Below, one piece after another: positions 18,870-28,113 of a stretch of 64,000 bases of DNA (positions are counted from its first letter, which is position 1; every line of letters begins with the position of its first letter). The translations under genes and the position numbers were made by a program. The notes beneath the pieces were generated by a model that was given only the letters and a program-made list of their open reading frames with translations, was not told the origin of the DNA and searched no databases. Origin of the DNA: an uncultured Nitrososphaeria archaeon (GTDB taxonomy: Archaea; Thermoproteota; Nitrososphaeria; JACIWG01); assembly GCA_964448685.1 (NCBI GenBank), contig CAYUWR010000011.1:23007-87006 (forward strand), given 5' to 3'.

Positions 18870-19511
18870 ATGTTGAAGTACAGACTGATATTCTTTGATT
18901 TGGACGGCACCCTTTTAGAGTGCAAGAGCAGCTGGGAGCTCATCCACAGGAGATTCCACACCATGGAAGATGCGAGGCAAGCCCTTGAACAATACAGACT
19001 TGGAGAGATAACATATAGGGAGTTTATGGCCAAAGACATCCTGTCGTGGCTCCGCAAGAAGCCAAAGATACACATCAAAGAGATAGAGGAAGCCCTGTCA
19101 GACTATAAACTGAAGCCAGGCGCCGAAGAGGTGATCGCAGAACTCAAACGCAGAGGACTAAAGGTCATAATCCTGACAGCCGCAATAGACCTACTTGCAG
19201 AAAAGGTTGGAAGACAACTCCGCGCAGACGCAGTGCTCTCAAATAGGCTTCAAGTGGACAGATATGGATATCTAACGGGAAAGGGCATAGAAGCCGTCGA
19301 CCCATACAAAAAAGACGAGGCCATGAAAAGAATTTCAAGAGAACAGTCTGTCCCGCTCGAGCAGACAATAGCGGTAGGAGACTCGATATACGACTTGAAC
19401 ATGTTAGAGGCAGCAGGACTAGGACTGTACTCCGGCAACATCGAAGACATCAAATCACAGAACATTAGACCGATACATACTCTGCGTGAAATATTGGCAT
19501 ACATAGAATAG
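18870..19511 (+). CDS. HAD-IB phosphatase (SerB-like)
   Basis: FFDLDGTL, SSWELIH, AVGDSIYDLNM. Confidence 0.85.
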   Translation: MLKYRLIFFDLDGTLLECKSSWELIHRRFHTMEDARQALEQYRLGEITYREFMAKDILSWLRKKPKIHIKEIEEALSDYKLKPGAEEVIAELKRRGLKVIILTAAIDLLAEKVGRQLRADAVLSNRLQVDRYGYLTGKGIEAVDPYKKDEAMKRISREQSVPLEQTIAVGDSIYDLNMLEAAGLGLYSGNIEDIKSQNIRPIHTLREILAYIE

Positions 19512-19574
19512 CGACATTCGCCAGCCATACTTCCAGAAACTCTTTTAGGCAGGCATGTCCAACCACCAAACATC

Positions 19575-19650
19575 AGCCCGGTAGTGTAGCGGCCAAGCAC
19601 AGCGGCCTCTGGAGCCGCAGACACCAGTTCGAATCTGGTCCGGGCTACCA
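19575..19650 (+). tRNA. tRNA-Gln(CTG), intronless, CCA encoded
   Basis: Acceptor AGCCCGG/CCGGGCT (A1-U72), anticodon arm GCGGC-CT CTG GA-GCCGC, T arm ACCAG-TTCGAAT-CTGGT, 3' ACCA. Confidence 0.97.
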
Positions 19651-19720
19651 AATCGGACGCGCGTGAAGTAACACTGTTTCGCCAGTAAGATTTATATATT
19701 TTACAGTTTCTATAGACACT

Positions 19721-19999
19721 ATGGTTACCACCTCTACAGTTCAAGTTGAAGATGATGTAAAGAGAGAGCTCTTCGCCGTGGCTGCAGAGCTCCAATCCAA
19801 AATGGGTAGAAGAGTCTCCTTGAGTGAGGCGATAAGAGTATTATTGAAGGCATATAGGTCGAAAGAGCGAAACACAGCAAGGATGCTGTCGCTTTTCGGA
19901 AGCCTGGAACCACCGTCAGAAGCTCGAAAGATCCTGAAAGAACTTAGAGCGGAAGAGGAGATGGATCTTGGACATCTTGCGAGGAAACATAACACTTGA
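19721..19999 (+). CDS. VapB-type antitoxin
   Basis: STVQVEDDVKRELF...VSLSEAIRVLL RHH-like pattern. Overlaps the PIN gene. TTTATATAT upstream. Confidence 0.75.
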   Translation: MVTTSTVQVEDDVKRELFAVAAELQSKMGRRVSLSEAIRVLLKAYRSKERNTARMLSLFGSLEPPSEARKILKELRAEEEMDLGHLARKHNT

Positions 20000-20417
20000 C
20001 ACAAGCGCTCTAATAGAATTTCTGACTGGTACAAAGCTTGGCCGAATAGTCAAAGAGTATTTCGAAACCCTAAAGCCTGAGGAGAAGGTATACTGCTCAC
20101 TCTATGCAGTCTCAGAGATATTCTATGTACTTTGCAGACTTAAAGGCCCAGAATATGCGGCAGAAAAAGTGGGCGAAATTTTGAGCTCTCAAGTGGTCGA
20201 AGTAGAAGGTACAGAAGAGATGGCATTCGAAACTGGCAGGCTAAAATGTGAGCGATCCATTTCAATAGGGGATTGCAGTTGCATCGTTACAGCCAAGATT
20301 ACCGGAAGCATAGCGGTCTTCGCTCAAAGTGAAAAAGAGATTTTGAAGGAGATGAAGAGAACTCCTTTCCCTGCGAAAATACTGTTTCTTTCAGACACGA
20401 ACAAAGCTGAGAAATGA
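19968..20417 (+). CDS. vapC: VapC PIN-domain toxin
   Basis: ITLDTSALIE, SEIFYVLCR, SIGDCSCI. Confidence 0.85.
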   Translation: MDILRGNITLDTSALIEFLTGTKLGRIVKEYFETLKPEEKVYCSLYAVSEIFYVLCRLKGPEYAAEKVGEILSSQVVEVEGTEEMAFETGRLKCERSISIGDCSCIVTAKITGSIAVFAQSEKEILKEMKRTPFPAKILFLSDTNKAEK

Positions 20418-20696
20418 AATGCCACGAAAGAAGACAAAATTTTGCAAGAATGCAATTTGAATGCAACCCAATAATTGTACAGAAAGAAGACCCCAAGTTC
20501 AAGATTGTGCAGGCATCCTAGATCAAAAATGGGAGGATGGCTTCATTATGAACCATGCGGCCCCTTTTAGCCTCCACTGAAGAATGAACACCAAAATTGG
20601 CGGCATGTCTGATGTTACCAGAGCAGGTTCAACAGAGAAGGACAACACTATACGAGAATACCTAATTGAAGAAATGGAGTGTTAATTGCAGAAGAG

Positions 20697-21074
20697 CTAA
20701 GGGAATTCTCCGTCAATCAAGGCGACGATCTTAGGCTTGAGAAGCTTGTAGAAAGCCCACTTACCTTTGCGTATCTTCTTCACTATTCCAACGCGCTCGA
20801 GTATACCCAAATGGTGTGAAGCATTAGGTTGACTCAAGCCCAATGCGACCATCACTTCACAGACACACATCTCCTTCAACGAAAGCATCTTGATTATCCT
20901 GAGCCGAGTTGAATCGCCAAGAGCCTTAAACACCCGCTCTCTTGATGCAAAGTGCGAGTCATCCCCCAATTCTTCTGCAAGACTCCTAAGTCTGGTCGAA
21001 TATTCATGGGCGTCTTTCTCCCTGTCTTTATCAGAAGAGATCAGACGCCTTAGCCTTGCTTCGACGCTGTTCAT
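20697..21074 (-). CDS. ArsR/SmtB-family transcriptional regulator
   Basis: VFKALGDSTRLRII, EMCVCEV...SQPNASHHLGIL, RKGKWAFY. Confidence 0.92.
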   Translation of the reverse strand: MNSVEARLRRLISSDKDREKDAHEYSTRLRSLAEELGDDSHFASRERVFKALGDSTRLRIIKMLSLKEMCVCEVMVALGLSQPNASHHLGILERVGIVKKIRKGKWAFYKLLKPKIVALIDGEFP

Positions 21075-21091
21075 CCTTAATCGGATAGGCC

Positions 21092-21164
21092 CAAACGTAT
21101 TTAAATGTGTTTGCACCTCTCTTCGTTTTAAGCAAGGACAAAATGAATCAAAATATTTAAATAT
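21092..21164. promoter_or_regulatory. Two TTTAAA-centred palindromes in the ArsR / radical SAM divergent region
   Basis: CAAACGTATTTAAATGTGTTTG (21092-21113, near-perfect) and ATATTTAAATAT (21153-21164, perfect). Confidence 0.6.
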
Positions 21165-21200
21165 ATGTCGCAGCCTGCAAGTAAAAAGGGAGACTGCACC

Positions 21201-22673
21201 ATGAGCTACGGCGGTTCGGTCTCTACTGACATTTTCCTTTCAATGCTAGGGAACCGGCTAATAAGGTCGATGATGGTCTTTTCAAACAAGAGATGCCGTA
21301 GATGTGGAAAAAGCTACCTTGAAATCGCGTTGGATAGGTATTTGGGCGAAGAGGTCAGGTATCATTCATTAGAAGAGATCGTCTTGTCTAATGCGATAAA
21401 GACGGCCATCGACCTTGGACTCAGGACCTTTGAGATAGATCAAGATAGGGCTAAAGAGGCACTGAGAACGCCGTACTTCAAAAATGGACTGCTGAATGTG
21501 TTAGAGGGAATAAGCAGATATGGTGTGAGCAAGCCCTTTAGGACAATGGCACCATTTTTGGTCGTCTGGAATTATACAAATGCCTGTAACCTAAAATGTG
21601 TACACTGCTATCAGCGAGCGGACAAACCAACCCCTGACGAGCTCACAGCTGAAGAAAGGCTTCACGTCGTGGATCAACTTGTAGAAGACAAGGTTTCTGC
21701 ACTGGCATTCTCAGGAGGCGAACCACTCATGCGCAGAGACCTCTTCAAAGTGGCAGAGTATGCGCATGAGAAAGGACTCTACCTTTCGATTGCAACCAAC
21801 GGAACCCTCCTCACAAGGGATGCGGTGGAAAGCCTGAGAAGAGCAGGAATAAGCTATGTTGACATAAGCCTCGACGGTGCATGCAAAGAGACACATGACT
21901 CTTTCAGAGGGGTTGAGGGATCATTCGACAGGACGCTGAAGGGTATAGAAAACGCCGTAGATGCAGGGCTGTTCACGTGCATCGCGATTACCGCGACAAA
22001 GAAAGACTTACACGAGATACCCATGATCTATCAGTTGGCGAAGAAGATGAAAGTGAAGAGGGTTATCGTCTTCAACTTCATACCTACTGGAAGAGGAGAG
22101 GAGATCGTGAAATACGACCTTTCTCCAAGAGAAAGAGAAGACCTCATGATATACCTTTACAGCCAGTTAGCCAACGGCCACATCGAAGCATTGTGCACAG
22201 CACCGCAGTATTCAAGAGTTTGCCTCCAGGAGTCCTCTAAGGCCGGAAGAGACCTTCTGTCTCCAACCCACTTTGCAGCCCTGGACTTTCACGGTAAAGC
22301 AAAGCAGCTATCTGACTTTTTAGGCGGATGTGGTGCCGGAAGACTCTATTGCGCAATACAGCCCAACGGGTTGATAACACCATGCGTCTTCATGCCGATC
22401 GTCGTCGGCGACCTAAGAAAGCAGAGCCTAAAGGACGTCTGGCTGAATTCAGAAGTCATGGACAGCCTCCGGGACAGAGACAATCTCAAGGGAAGATGTG
22501 GACGATGCACATACAAGTACATCTGCGGAGGATGCAGGGCAAGGGCCTACGCCTACTACGGAGACTACCTTGCACCAGACCCTGGATGCATAAGAGAACT
22601 GGAGGAGCCGAGCACAGCCTATTGCTCCAAAAAAGAAATGAGTTATGCTATATTACCTCAAGTGACCGCCTAG
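21201..22673 (+). CDS. Radical SAM/SPASM enzyme with long N-terminal extension
   Basis: CNLKCVHC, FSGGEPL, ATNGT, SLDG, then GCGAGR...PC...CGRCTYKYICGGCRARA...DPGC (SPASM). N-terminal CRRCG. Confidence 0.92.
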   Translation: MSYGGSVSTDIFLSMLGNRLIRSMMVFSNKRCRRCGKSYLEIALDRYLGEEVRYHSLEEIVLSNAIKTAIDLGLRTFEIDQDRAKEALRTPYFKNGLLNVLEGISRYGVSKPFRTMAPFLVVWNYTNACNLKCVHCYQRADKPTPDELTAEERLHVVDQLVEDKVSALAFSGGEPLMRRDLFKVAEYAHEKGLYLSIATNGTLLTRDAVESLRRAGISYVDISLDGACKETHDSFRGVEGSFDRTLKGIENAVDAGLFTCIAITATKKDLHEIPMIYQLAKKMKVKRVIVFNFIPTGRGEEIVKYDLSPREREDLMIYLYSQLANGHIEALCTAPQYSRVCLQESSKAGRDLLSPTHFAALDFHGKAKQLSDFLGGCGAGRLYCAIQPNGLITPCVFMPIVVGDLRKQSLKDVWLNSEVMDSLRDRDNLKGRCGRCTYKYICGGCRARAYAYYGDYLAPDPGCIRELEEPSTAYCSKKEMSYAILPQVTA

Positions 22674-22734
22674 GGACACGATTAAAGCAGTCAAATGTCT
22701 TCCTAGCTTGATTAAAAAAGTAGTGGGATAGGCA

Positions 22735-23307
22735 CTACCAGTTCTCTGATAGCACCTCATAGTATGATTGAGGATGCTTGCATGCTGGGCATATCTTCGG
22801 CGGCTCTGTGCCTTCATGTATGTAGCCGCAGTTTCTACAGTGCCATCTGATAGGCTTATCCTTCTTGAAGACCGTTCCCTCTGTGACGTTCTTGAGCAGG
22901 GCTCTATATCGGCGTTCATGGAAGCCCTCCACTTCCGCTATCTCCACGAATGATTCGGCAATCTTGCTGAAACCTTCTTCTTCAGCAGTCTTTGCGAATT
23001 CTGGATAGATGGTGCCCCATTCAAGTCTTTCTCCTTCCGCGGCTGCTAGAAGGTTGTCAGCTGTCTTCCCAACTATTCCCGCCGGGTATGCTGCCGTAAT
23101 CTCCACCATTCCACCTTTCAAGTGGCTGAAGAATATCTTCGCATGCTCTTTTTCGTTGTCAGCTGTCTCGAGGAAGATCGCTGCAATCTGTTCAAATCCC
23201 TCGTTCTTGGCTACGCTTGCGAAGTATGTGTAGCGATTTCTCGCCTGGGATTCTCCTGCGAAAGCTGCCAGTAGGTTCTTTTCGGTCTTACTTCCCTTTA
23301 AGTCCAT
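22735..23307 (-). CDS. rbr: Rubrerythrin
   Basis: [17 protein letters not shown], two ExxH motifs, C-terminal CRNCGY..CPAC. Confidence 0.96.
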   Translation of the reverse strand: MDLKGSKTEKNLLAAFAGESQARNRYTYFASVAKNEGFEQIAAIFLETADNEKEHAKIFFSHLKGGMVEITAAYPAGIVGKTADNLLAAAEGERLEWGTIYPEFAKTAEEEGFSKIAESFVEIAEVEGFHERRYRALLKNVTEGTVFKKDKPIRWHCRNCGYIHEGTEPPKICPACKHPQSYYEVLSENW

Positions 23308-23492
23308 TTGAATCAGTCTGCGTCAGCTTAAGTTCTCACTGATATATTAGTCTTTTCAAGAAAGGCTAGATGTGAAAAAGTCTTTCCAGCTCTCTTTCTA
23401 CCAATCGAGGTCTCCATTCCTCTCAAAGTCTTCCTGATGACACCCAGGAAGCGGTAAAATTGTTGTAGCTGTCAATGATTTTGTATTGGATG

Positions 23493-24536
23493 TCAGAAGT
23501 ATCTTCTGAGCCTTTGCGCAAGATCTTCTGGGGTATCGTAAGATTCACCCTCGAACATAAGCGACTGTAGCCCCCACAAGTCACTCACGTATGGAAACTT
23601 GTATCCGGAGCGCCCCATAACTCTTAGACCTAGTCTGAAGTATTCATCTGAACGATCTCCTAAGGGGCCTGAATAGAGTATGAGGTTGAAGCATGACAGC
23701 TTCTCGTCTTGATAGAAACTGAGAACTCTGGCGATTCCAACCGCGAACGACTTGAGAACTTCTTCTCCTATGTCGAGAAGGCTTGAATGCTCTTGGCTTA
23801 TACCCCAAACCTCGTACGTGCTGGTCGGAGCGAACGGTGTCAGCCAAACTATGTCTCCCACTTTGCCGAGAAGTCTGCTTTGATTGTCTTCAGAGTTGAC
23901 GAAATCGTCCCAAAAGTTGGCTCCCCTTAATGAGCGATATTCTCTACTCTTTTCTAACAGTTCCCCTAGCAGTCCGAATGGTAGATCGCTTGCCAGTATC
24001 TGCATGTGTGGGTGAACTATCGTCGAGCCGGACAATGGTAGATAATTCTCTATGTAGGAGGCGTAGAAGGTTTTGCCGTATGTTTTATTGAGCTTTTTGA
24101 GGTAGATCAGCCCCGCCCTAAGCCCATCGAGGATCTTTTCCGGAGCAAGCTGCTTGAGCTCAAGATAGTGTTCTCTGCATAATACTGCTATGGCATTGTG
24201 GTCCATGTGAGCAAACAGGCTTGGAAAGACCATCGCCTCGCCAACCTGTATCTTGCCTTCTTCAACTATATTGCTTGGAAAACCTGGGGTTGAGTGCTGC
24301 AGCTGCTCCGGACAGAAAGGGCAGCTGCCCCTCGTCTTCTCCACAATATGCAAAATTTCTCGGTCATCGGATTCAAAGAGCCTTTTTATCAGCTGAAGCC
24401 TGCCAGTAGTGATGACCGTGCTTCGGCCAGTCAGAGGATCATATCTATGCTCAACAATCTGTCGGTCGAGTCCATAGCCCTTGAGGGGAGAAAGAAACTC
24501 TGCAACCCTCTCTTCTTTTCTGAATTCTATGCTCAT
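23493..24536 (-). CDS. GalT-like HIT-family nucleotidyltransferase
   Basis: RYDPLTG, CPFCP, GSTIVHPHMQ (HxHxQ). Confidence 0.85.
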   Translation of the reverse strand: MSIEFRKEERVAEFLSPLKGYGLDRQIVEHRYDPLTGRSTVITTGRLQLIKRLFESDDREILHIVEKTRGSCPFCPEQLQHSTPGFPSNIVEEGKIQVGEAMVFPSLFAHMDHNAIAVLCREHYLELKQLAPEKILDGLRAGLIYLKKLNKTYGKTFYASYIENYLPLSGSTIVHPHMQILASDLPFGLLGELLEKSREYRSLRGANFWDDFVNSEDNQSRLLGKVGDIVWLTPFAPTSTYEVWGISQEHSSLLDIGEEVLKSFAVGIARVLSFYQDEKLSCFNLILYSGPLGDRSDEYFRLGLRVMGRSGYKFPYVSDLWGLQSLMFEGESYDTPEDLAQRLRRYF

Positions 24537-24684
24537 GCTCGCATCTTTTTCCAGTTATCGATTATAAACGTATACCTTTCGGAATGTTAATCTTGGACAG
24601 GGGCTCAACCTAGCATCTTCCCCATCGGGTTGCATTCGCTGACTTGACGTCCTCGTATGGAAATCGAAAGCGAGAAACAATCTT

Positions 24685-25887
24685 TCAAGAGCTAAGATTT
24701 GGCCTAGCACCCAACTTGACAGGAATATCCGTTACTTTTCCGTTGCGGACTATTGTCAGGTTGACTGTTTGACCGGGGAAGGTGTTTCGCTCAAGATATG
24801 TGAATAGGTCATCGCCATTCACTACGCGTGTGCCATTCACCGAGATGATTATGTCGCCTCCCAACATTATGTAGTCACCAGCAACTCTAACACGCCTGCT
24901 TCCACCAAGCAACCCTGCACGTCCGGCTGGACCATCACCCTGAACAGTTTGAACAAGCCACCCATATGTCACGTTGACGCTCATGACCTTTGCTATATCA
25001 TAGCTCATGTCGGTACCTGTTATCCCCAGCCATGGATGATTGGTGTAGCTTCCAGTATATGCCAGTGAGCCCACTTCCCTGAGGATAGTGGAAGATGGGA
25101 TGGCAAACCCAAGCCCTTCTGAACCGCTGACGGTTGCTGTAGTTATCCCGATGACCTGCCCCAGACAGTTGAGGAGTGGCCCTCCTGAGTTTCCAGGGTT
25201 GATGGGGGCGGTTATCTGAATCACATCCGCTATAACATACCCGCCGGACGATTCTTCGGTTATCGTCCTACCCAGTTGACTTATGATCCCTGTTGTGACT
25301 GAGCCCGCTAGACCAAATGGGTTGCCTATTGCTATGACAGGATCGCCCACTTTTAGGTCTGTTGAGCTGACGATGGGGAGTGGCTTGAACTCTGAGTCGC
25401 CAGCCTTTATTGAGAGCACTGCGAGGTCCGCGTAGGGGTCAGAGCCTAAGACGATAGCGGGATAGGCGTCACCGTCGGTGAAGGTTACAGTGATATTTGT
25501 TGCCCCCTCCACAACGTGGAAGTTTGTAATTACAACCATCATTCCAGTCAGATTGTATACAAAGCCTGAGCCTTGCATCTCCCCATAGAGGGTTCCAAAG
25601 ATAGACCTCTCTGTGACCATTCCACGTATCACGACCACAGAGTCCTTCACGGATTGATAGAGTTGTGATATGGAAACGTTGCTTCCGATCTGGTAGGTTA
25701 CATAGGCGACGCTTGACTGAGATGTCGAGCATTGGGCCTGCAATTGGCTTCGGAGAGACTGCACTTCATGCCTCAGGTCGCTTAGCTGACTTGAGAACGC
25801 CAGATATCCAAATCCTCCGCCGATGGCAAGGCCTATTACCAACACCATCAGTACAGTGACTATTATTTGTCTGCTTTTGCCCTGCAA
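24685..25887 (-). CDS. Membrane-anchored HtrA/DegP-like serine protease with PDZ domain
   Basis: GSGF, TNFHVV, DLAVL, GNSGGPL; PDZ (GDIIISVNG); N-terminal TM. SD GGAGGTGG precedes the TTG. Confidence 0.93.
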   Translation of the reverse strand: MQGKSRQIIVTVLMVLVIGLAIGGGFGYLAFSSQLSDLRHEVQSLRSQLQAQCSTSQSSVAYVTYQIGSNVSISQLYQSVKDSVVVIRGMVTERSIFGTLYGEMQGSGFVYNLTGMMVVITNFHVVEGATNITVTFTDGDAYPAIVLGSDPYADLAVLSIKAGDSEFKPLPIVSSTDLKVGDPVIAIGNPFGLAGSVTTGIISQLGRTITEESSGGYVIADVIQITAPINPGNSGGPLLNCLGQVIGITTATVSGSEGLGFAIPSSTILREVGSLAYTGSYTNHPWLGITGTDMSYDIAKVMSVNVTYGWLVQTVQGDGPAGRAGLLGGSRRVRVAGDYIMLGGDIIISVNGTRVVNGDDLFTYLERNTFPGQTVNLTIVRNGKVTDIPVKLGARPNLSS

Positions 25888-26123
25888 GAAGATCCACCTC
25901 CATCTTCGAAGTCGACGACCATGCCGAAGGCTTCCGCGAATTTTCTTGACGCTTTGAAGTCTACTTGTTTCACCTCTTTTTCCGATGGTAGGCGACCCCC
26001 AGGACAGCCTTCTTCGTTCTTCACCCTGTTGGCTGCCTGCTTATTCCACTCAGTCGAATTTCCTGAAATTTCCTCTCGCTTATGCCGTGGCCACGACACT
26101 TTCAGTCGATGTTCCAACTTACC

Positions 26124-27113
26124 TCACCTGATTTCTTGTCGAGTGAACAACATATATGAGGCGATGAAGGTGAGGACTGTCACAAGCGTCAGCACCAAGA
26201 TGTTTGGCCAAGCGGATCCAAGACTCTCCATGATTGAGACCGCTCTGGTAGTAGTCTGCCCGACTCCTCCAACTCCTCCTCCTGGGCTGATCCCTATGTT
26301 GACGGAGATCTGTAGGATGTAACGGGCTATCCTAGTGAAGTGGTAGTTTGGCGTAATACTTTCGATGGCTTCTGTTATTGCAGTGCGGCTTCTAAACTGC
26401 TCCGTAAGGCGGGCGATCTCCTCCGGATTCCCGGTCATGTTCTGGCCAGGGCGAAAGATTGTCATGTTCTGCCCCGGCTGGAAGCTGATAGGCACCATGG
26501 AGGATGCGACGAGAGACGCGACGATCGATATTATGAATGTGAAGACGATCCAGAGCACGACGCTGACGATCACGCTCTGTGTAGTCCTCTTCGAGATGGT
26601 AGATAGGAATGTTGCTATACCATAGAAGGCCATGGCGAAGAGGATCGAGAACAGCATGAAGAGCATGAGCCTGGTGACGTCTTCGACCGTTGGGGTTACA
26701 CCAAGAGCCAGCACAGAGCCGCCTATGTTAACAAGCGAAGCTATGAATGTTGCCAGGGAGATTGCCAGGAAAGCTGCGAGGAACTTGCCATTTATGATCG
26801 TGTCTCTGAAGATGGGCTGCGCCAGAGTCAACTTCAATGTCCCCTTCTCCTTTTCCCCGGATATGGCGTCGACGCCGAGAGCGATACCCATTATTGGGGC
26901 GAAATATGACATCATAGTGACAAGGCTTGACGCCACAGAACCGAGGAAACCTCTAGGCATACTAGCCCCCCTTGTGCCCTCTGTTGCCGAAAGATATACG
27001 GTGGCTACAGCCGCAACCATTACCAGCCCAAAGACAGCCACTAGCAAGAGAAACCTCTTGCTTTTCACGATGTCTGAAAATTCTTTCGATGCAACCGTAA
27101 ACATGCTAACCAT
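26124..27113 (-). CDS. ABC-2 type permease (NosY-like)
   Basis: VASKEFSD..KSKRF, DAISGEKEKGTLKL, GKFL; multiple TMs. Confidence 0.9.
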   Translation of the reverse strand: MVSMFTVASKEFSDIVKSKRFLLLVAVFGLVMVAAVATVYLSATEGTRGASMPRGFLGSVASSLVTMMSYFAPIMGIALGVDAISGEKEKGTLKLTLAQPIFRDTIINGKFLAAFLAISLATFIASLVNIGGSVLALGVTPTVEDVTRLMLFMLFSILFAMAFYGIATFLSTISKRTTQSVIVSVVLWIVFTFIISIVASLVASSMVPISFQPGQNMTIFRPGQNMTGNPEEIARLTEQFRSRTAITEAIESITPNYHFTRIARYILQISVNIGISPGGGVGGVGQTTTRAVSIMESLGSAWPNILVLTLVTVLTFIASYMLFTRQEIR

Positions 27114-28113
27114 TCACTATCCCCTCGCTATTTGCTGCCCTATCGTTATGTGGGTGCGCCATTCCTTCGATCTTATAGTATTTTATGAAGAGGTCTTCAA
27201 GTGAAGGCTCCATTAGGTCTAATGTTGAGACTTCAACTCCACATTTTGATGCCAGTTTGCCAACTTCTACCCTGATGTCACTGTCTGCTCTTACAAGGAC
27301 ATATCCTCCTTCTAACCTTATCTCTTTTACACCCTTTAGATCCATTAGGCCGTTGGCGAATGCTCCGAGGTCGCCTGCTCCTCCAACTCGTATTCTATAG
27401 CCTTCTTCAGCCATGAGTTTTCCAACAAGCTCTCTGACGTTTCCTTGAACAACAAACCTACCACGGTTGATTATGGCCACGGTGTCGCAGAGAGGGCCAA
27501 CTTCAAAGAGCAGATGTGTACTCAACATCACAGTCTTCCCCTCTTTGCTAAGTCTGACAACCAGGTCTTTGAAGGCTCTGGCTCCTTCAGGGTCCACGCC
27601 AGCCGTTGGCTCGTCAAAGATGAGGAGTTCAGGGTTCTTCATAAGGGCTTGGGCTATGCCCAACCTCTGCTTCATTCCCCTTGAGAAACCACCCAATTTT
27701 CTATCCTTCACCTCCTGCAGGCCAACGGCAGCCAACACGTCTCCCACACACTTACTTCTCTCCTCTTTGGGGATGTCGTTCAATGCTGCAATATAGTGTA
27801 GGTTCTGCTCGGCAGTAAGGTGATCGTAGAAGCCGAAGCCCTCAGGTAGGATCCCCACATTCTTTCTTATCTTAACAGACTCTTTCACGATATCGTATCC
27901 AAGGACCTTGGCTGAACCACCTGTCGGTAGCGACAGGCCGGTCAGCATCATTATGAGAGTAGTCTTGCCCGCGCCGTTAGGTCCAAGCAGCCCAAAGACA
28001 GACCCTCTCTCAACCGTTAGATTCAGATGGTCTACTGCCAGCACCGTACCCCCCTCAGACTTATATGCTTTAGTTAAGCCCTTGGCTTCGATCGCGTATT
28101 CCATCGATTTCAT
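27106..28113 (-). CDS. ABC transporter ATP-binding protein
   Basis: GPNGAGKTT, FSRGMKQR, LIFDEPT, STH. Confidence 0.95.
   Translation of the reverse strand: MKSMEYAIEAKGLTKAYKSEGGTVLAVDHLNLTVERGSVFGLLGPNGAGKTTLIMMLTGLSLPTGGSAKVLGYDIVKESVKIRKNVGILPEGFGFYDHLTAEQNLHYIAALNDIPKEERSKCVGDVLAAVGLQEVKDRKLGGFSRGMKQRLGIAQALMKNPELLIFDEPTAGVDPEGARAFKDLVVRLSKEGKTVMLSTHLLFEVGPLCDTVAIINRGRFVVQGNVRELVGKLMAEEGYRIRVGGAGDLGAFANGLMDLKGVKEIRLEGGYVLVRADSDIRVEVGKLASKCGVEVSTLDLMEPSLEDLFIKYYKIEGMAHPHNDRAANSEGIVNG

Noticed and set aside
19250..19795. 181-aa minus-strand ORF
   Set aside because: It runs antisense through the HAD gene and the tRNA-Gln gene.
25863..26117. 84-aa minus-strand ORF between the permease and HtrA
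   Set aside because: TTG start, no recognisable motif, overlaps the HtrA start. May be a relic but is unsupported.
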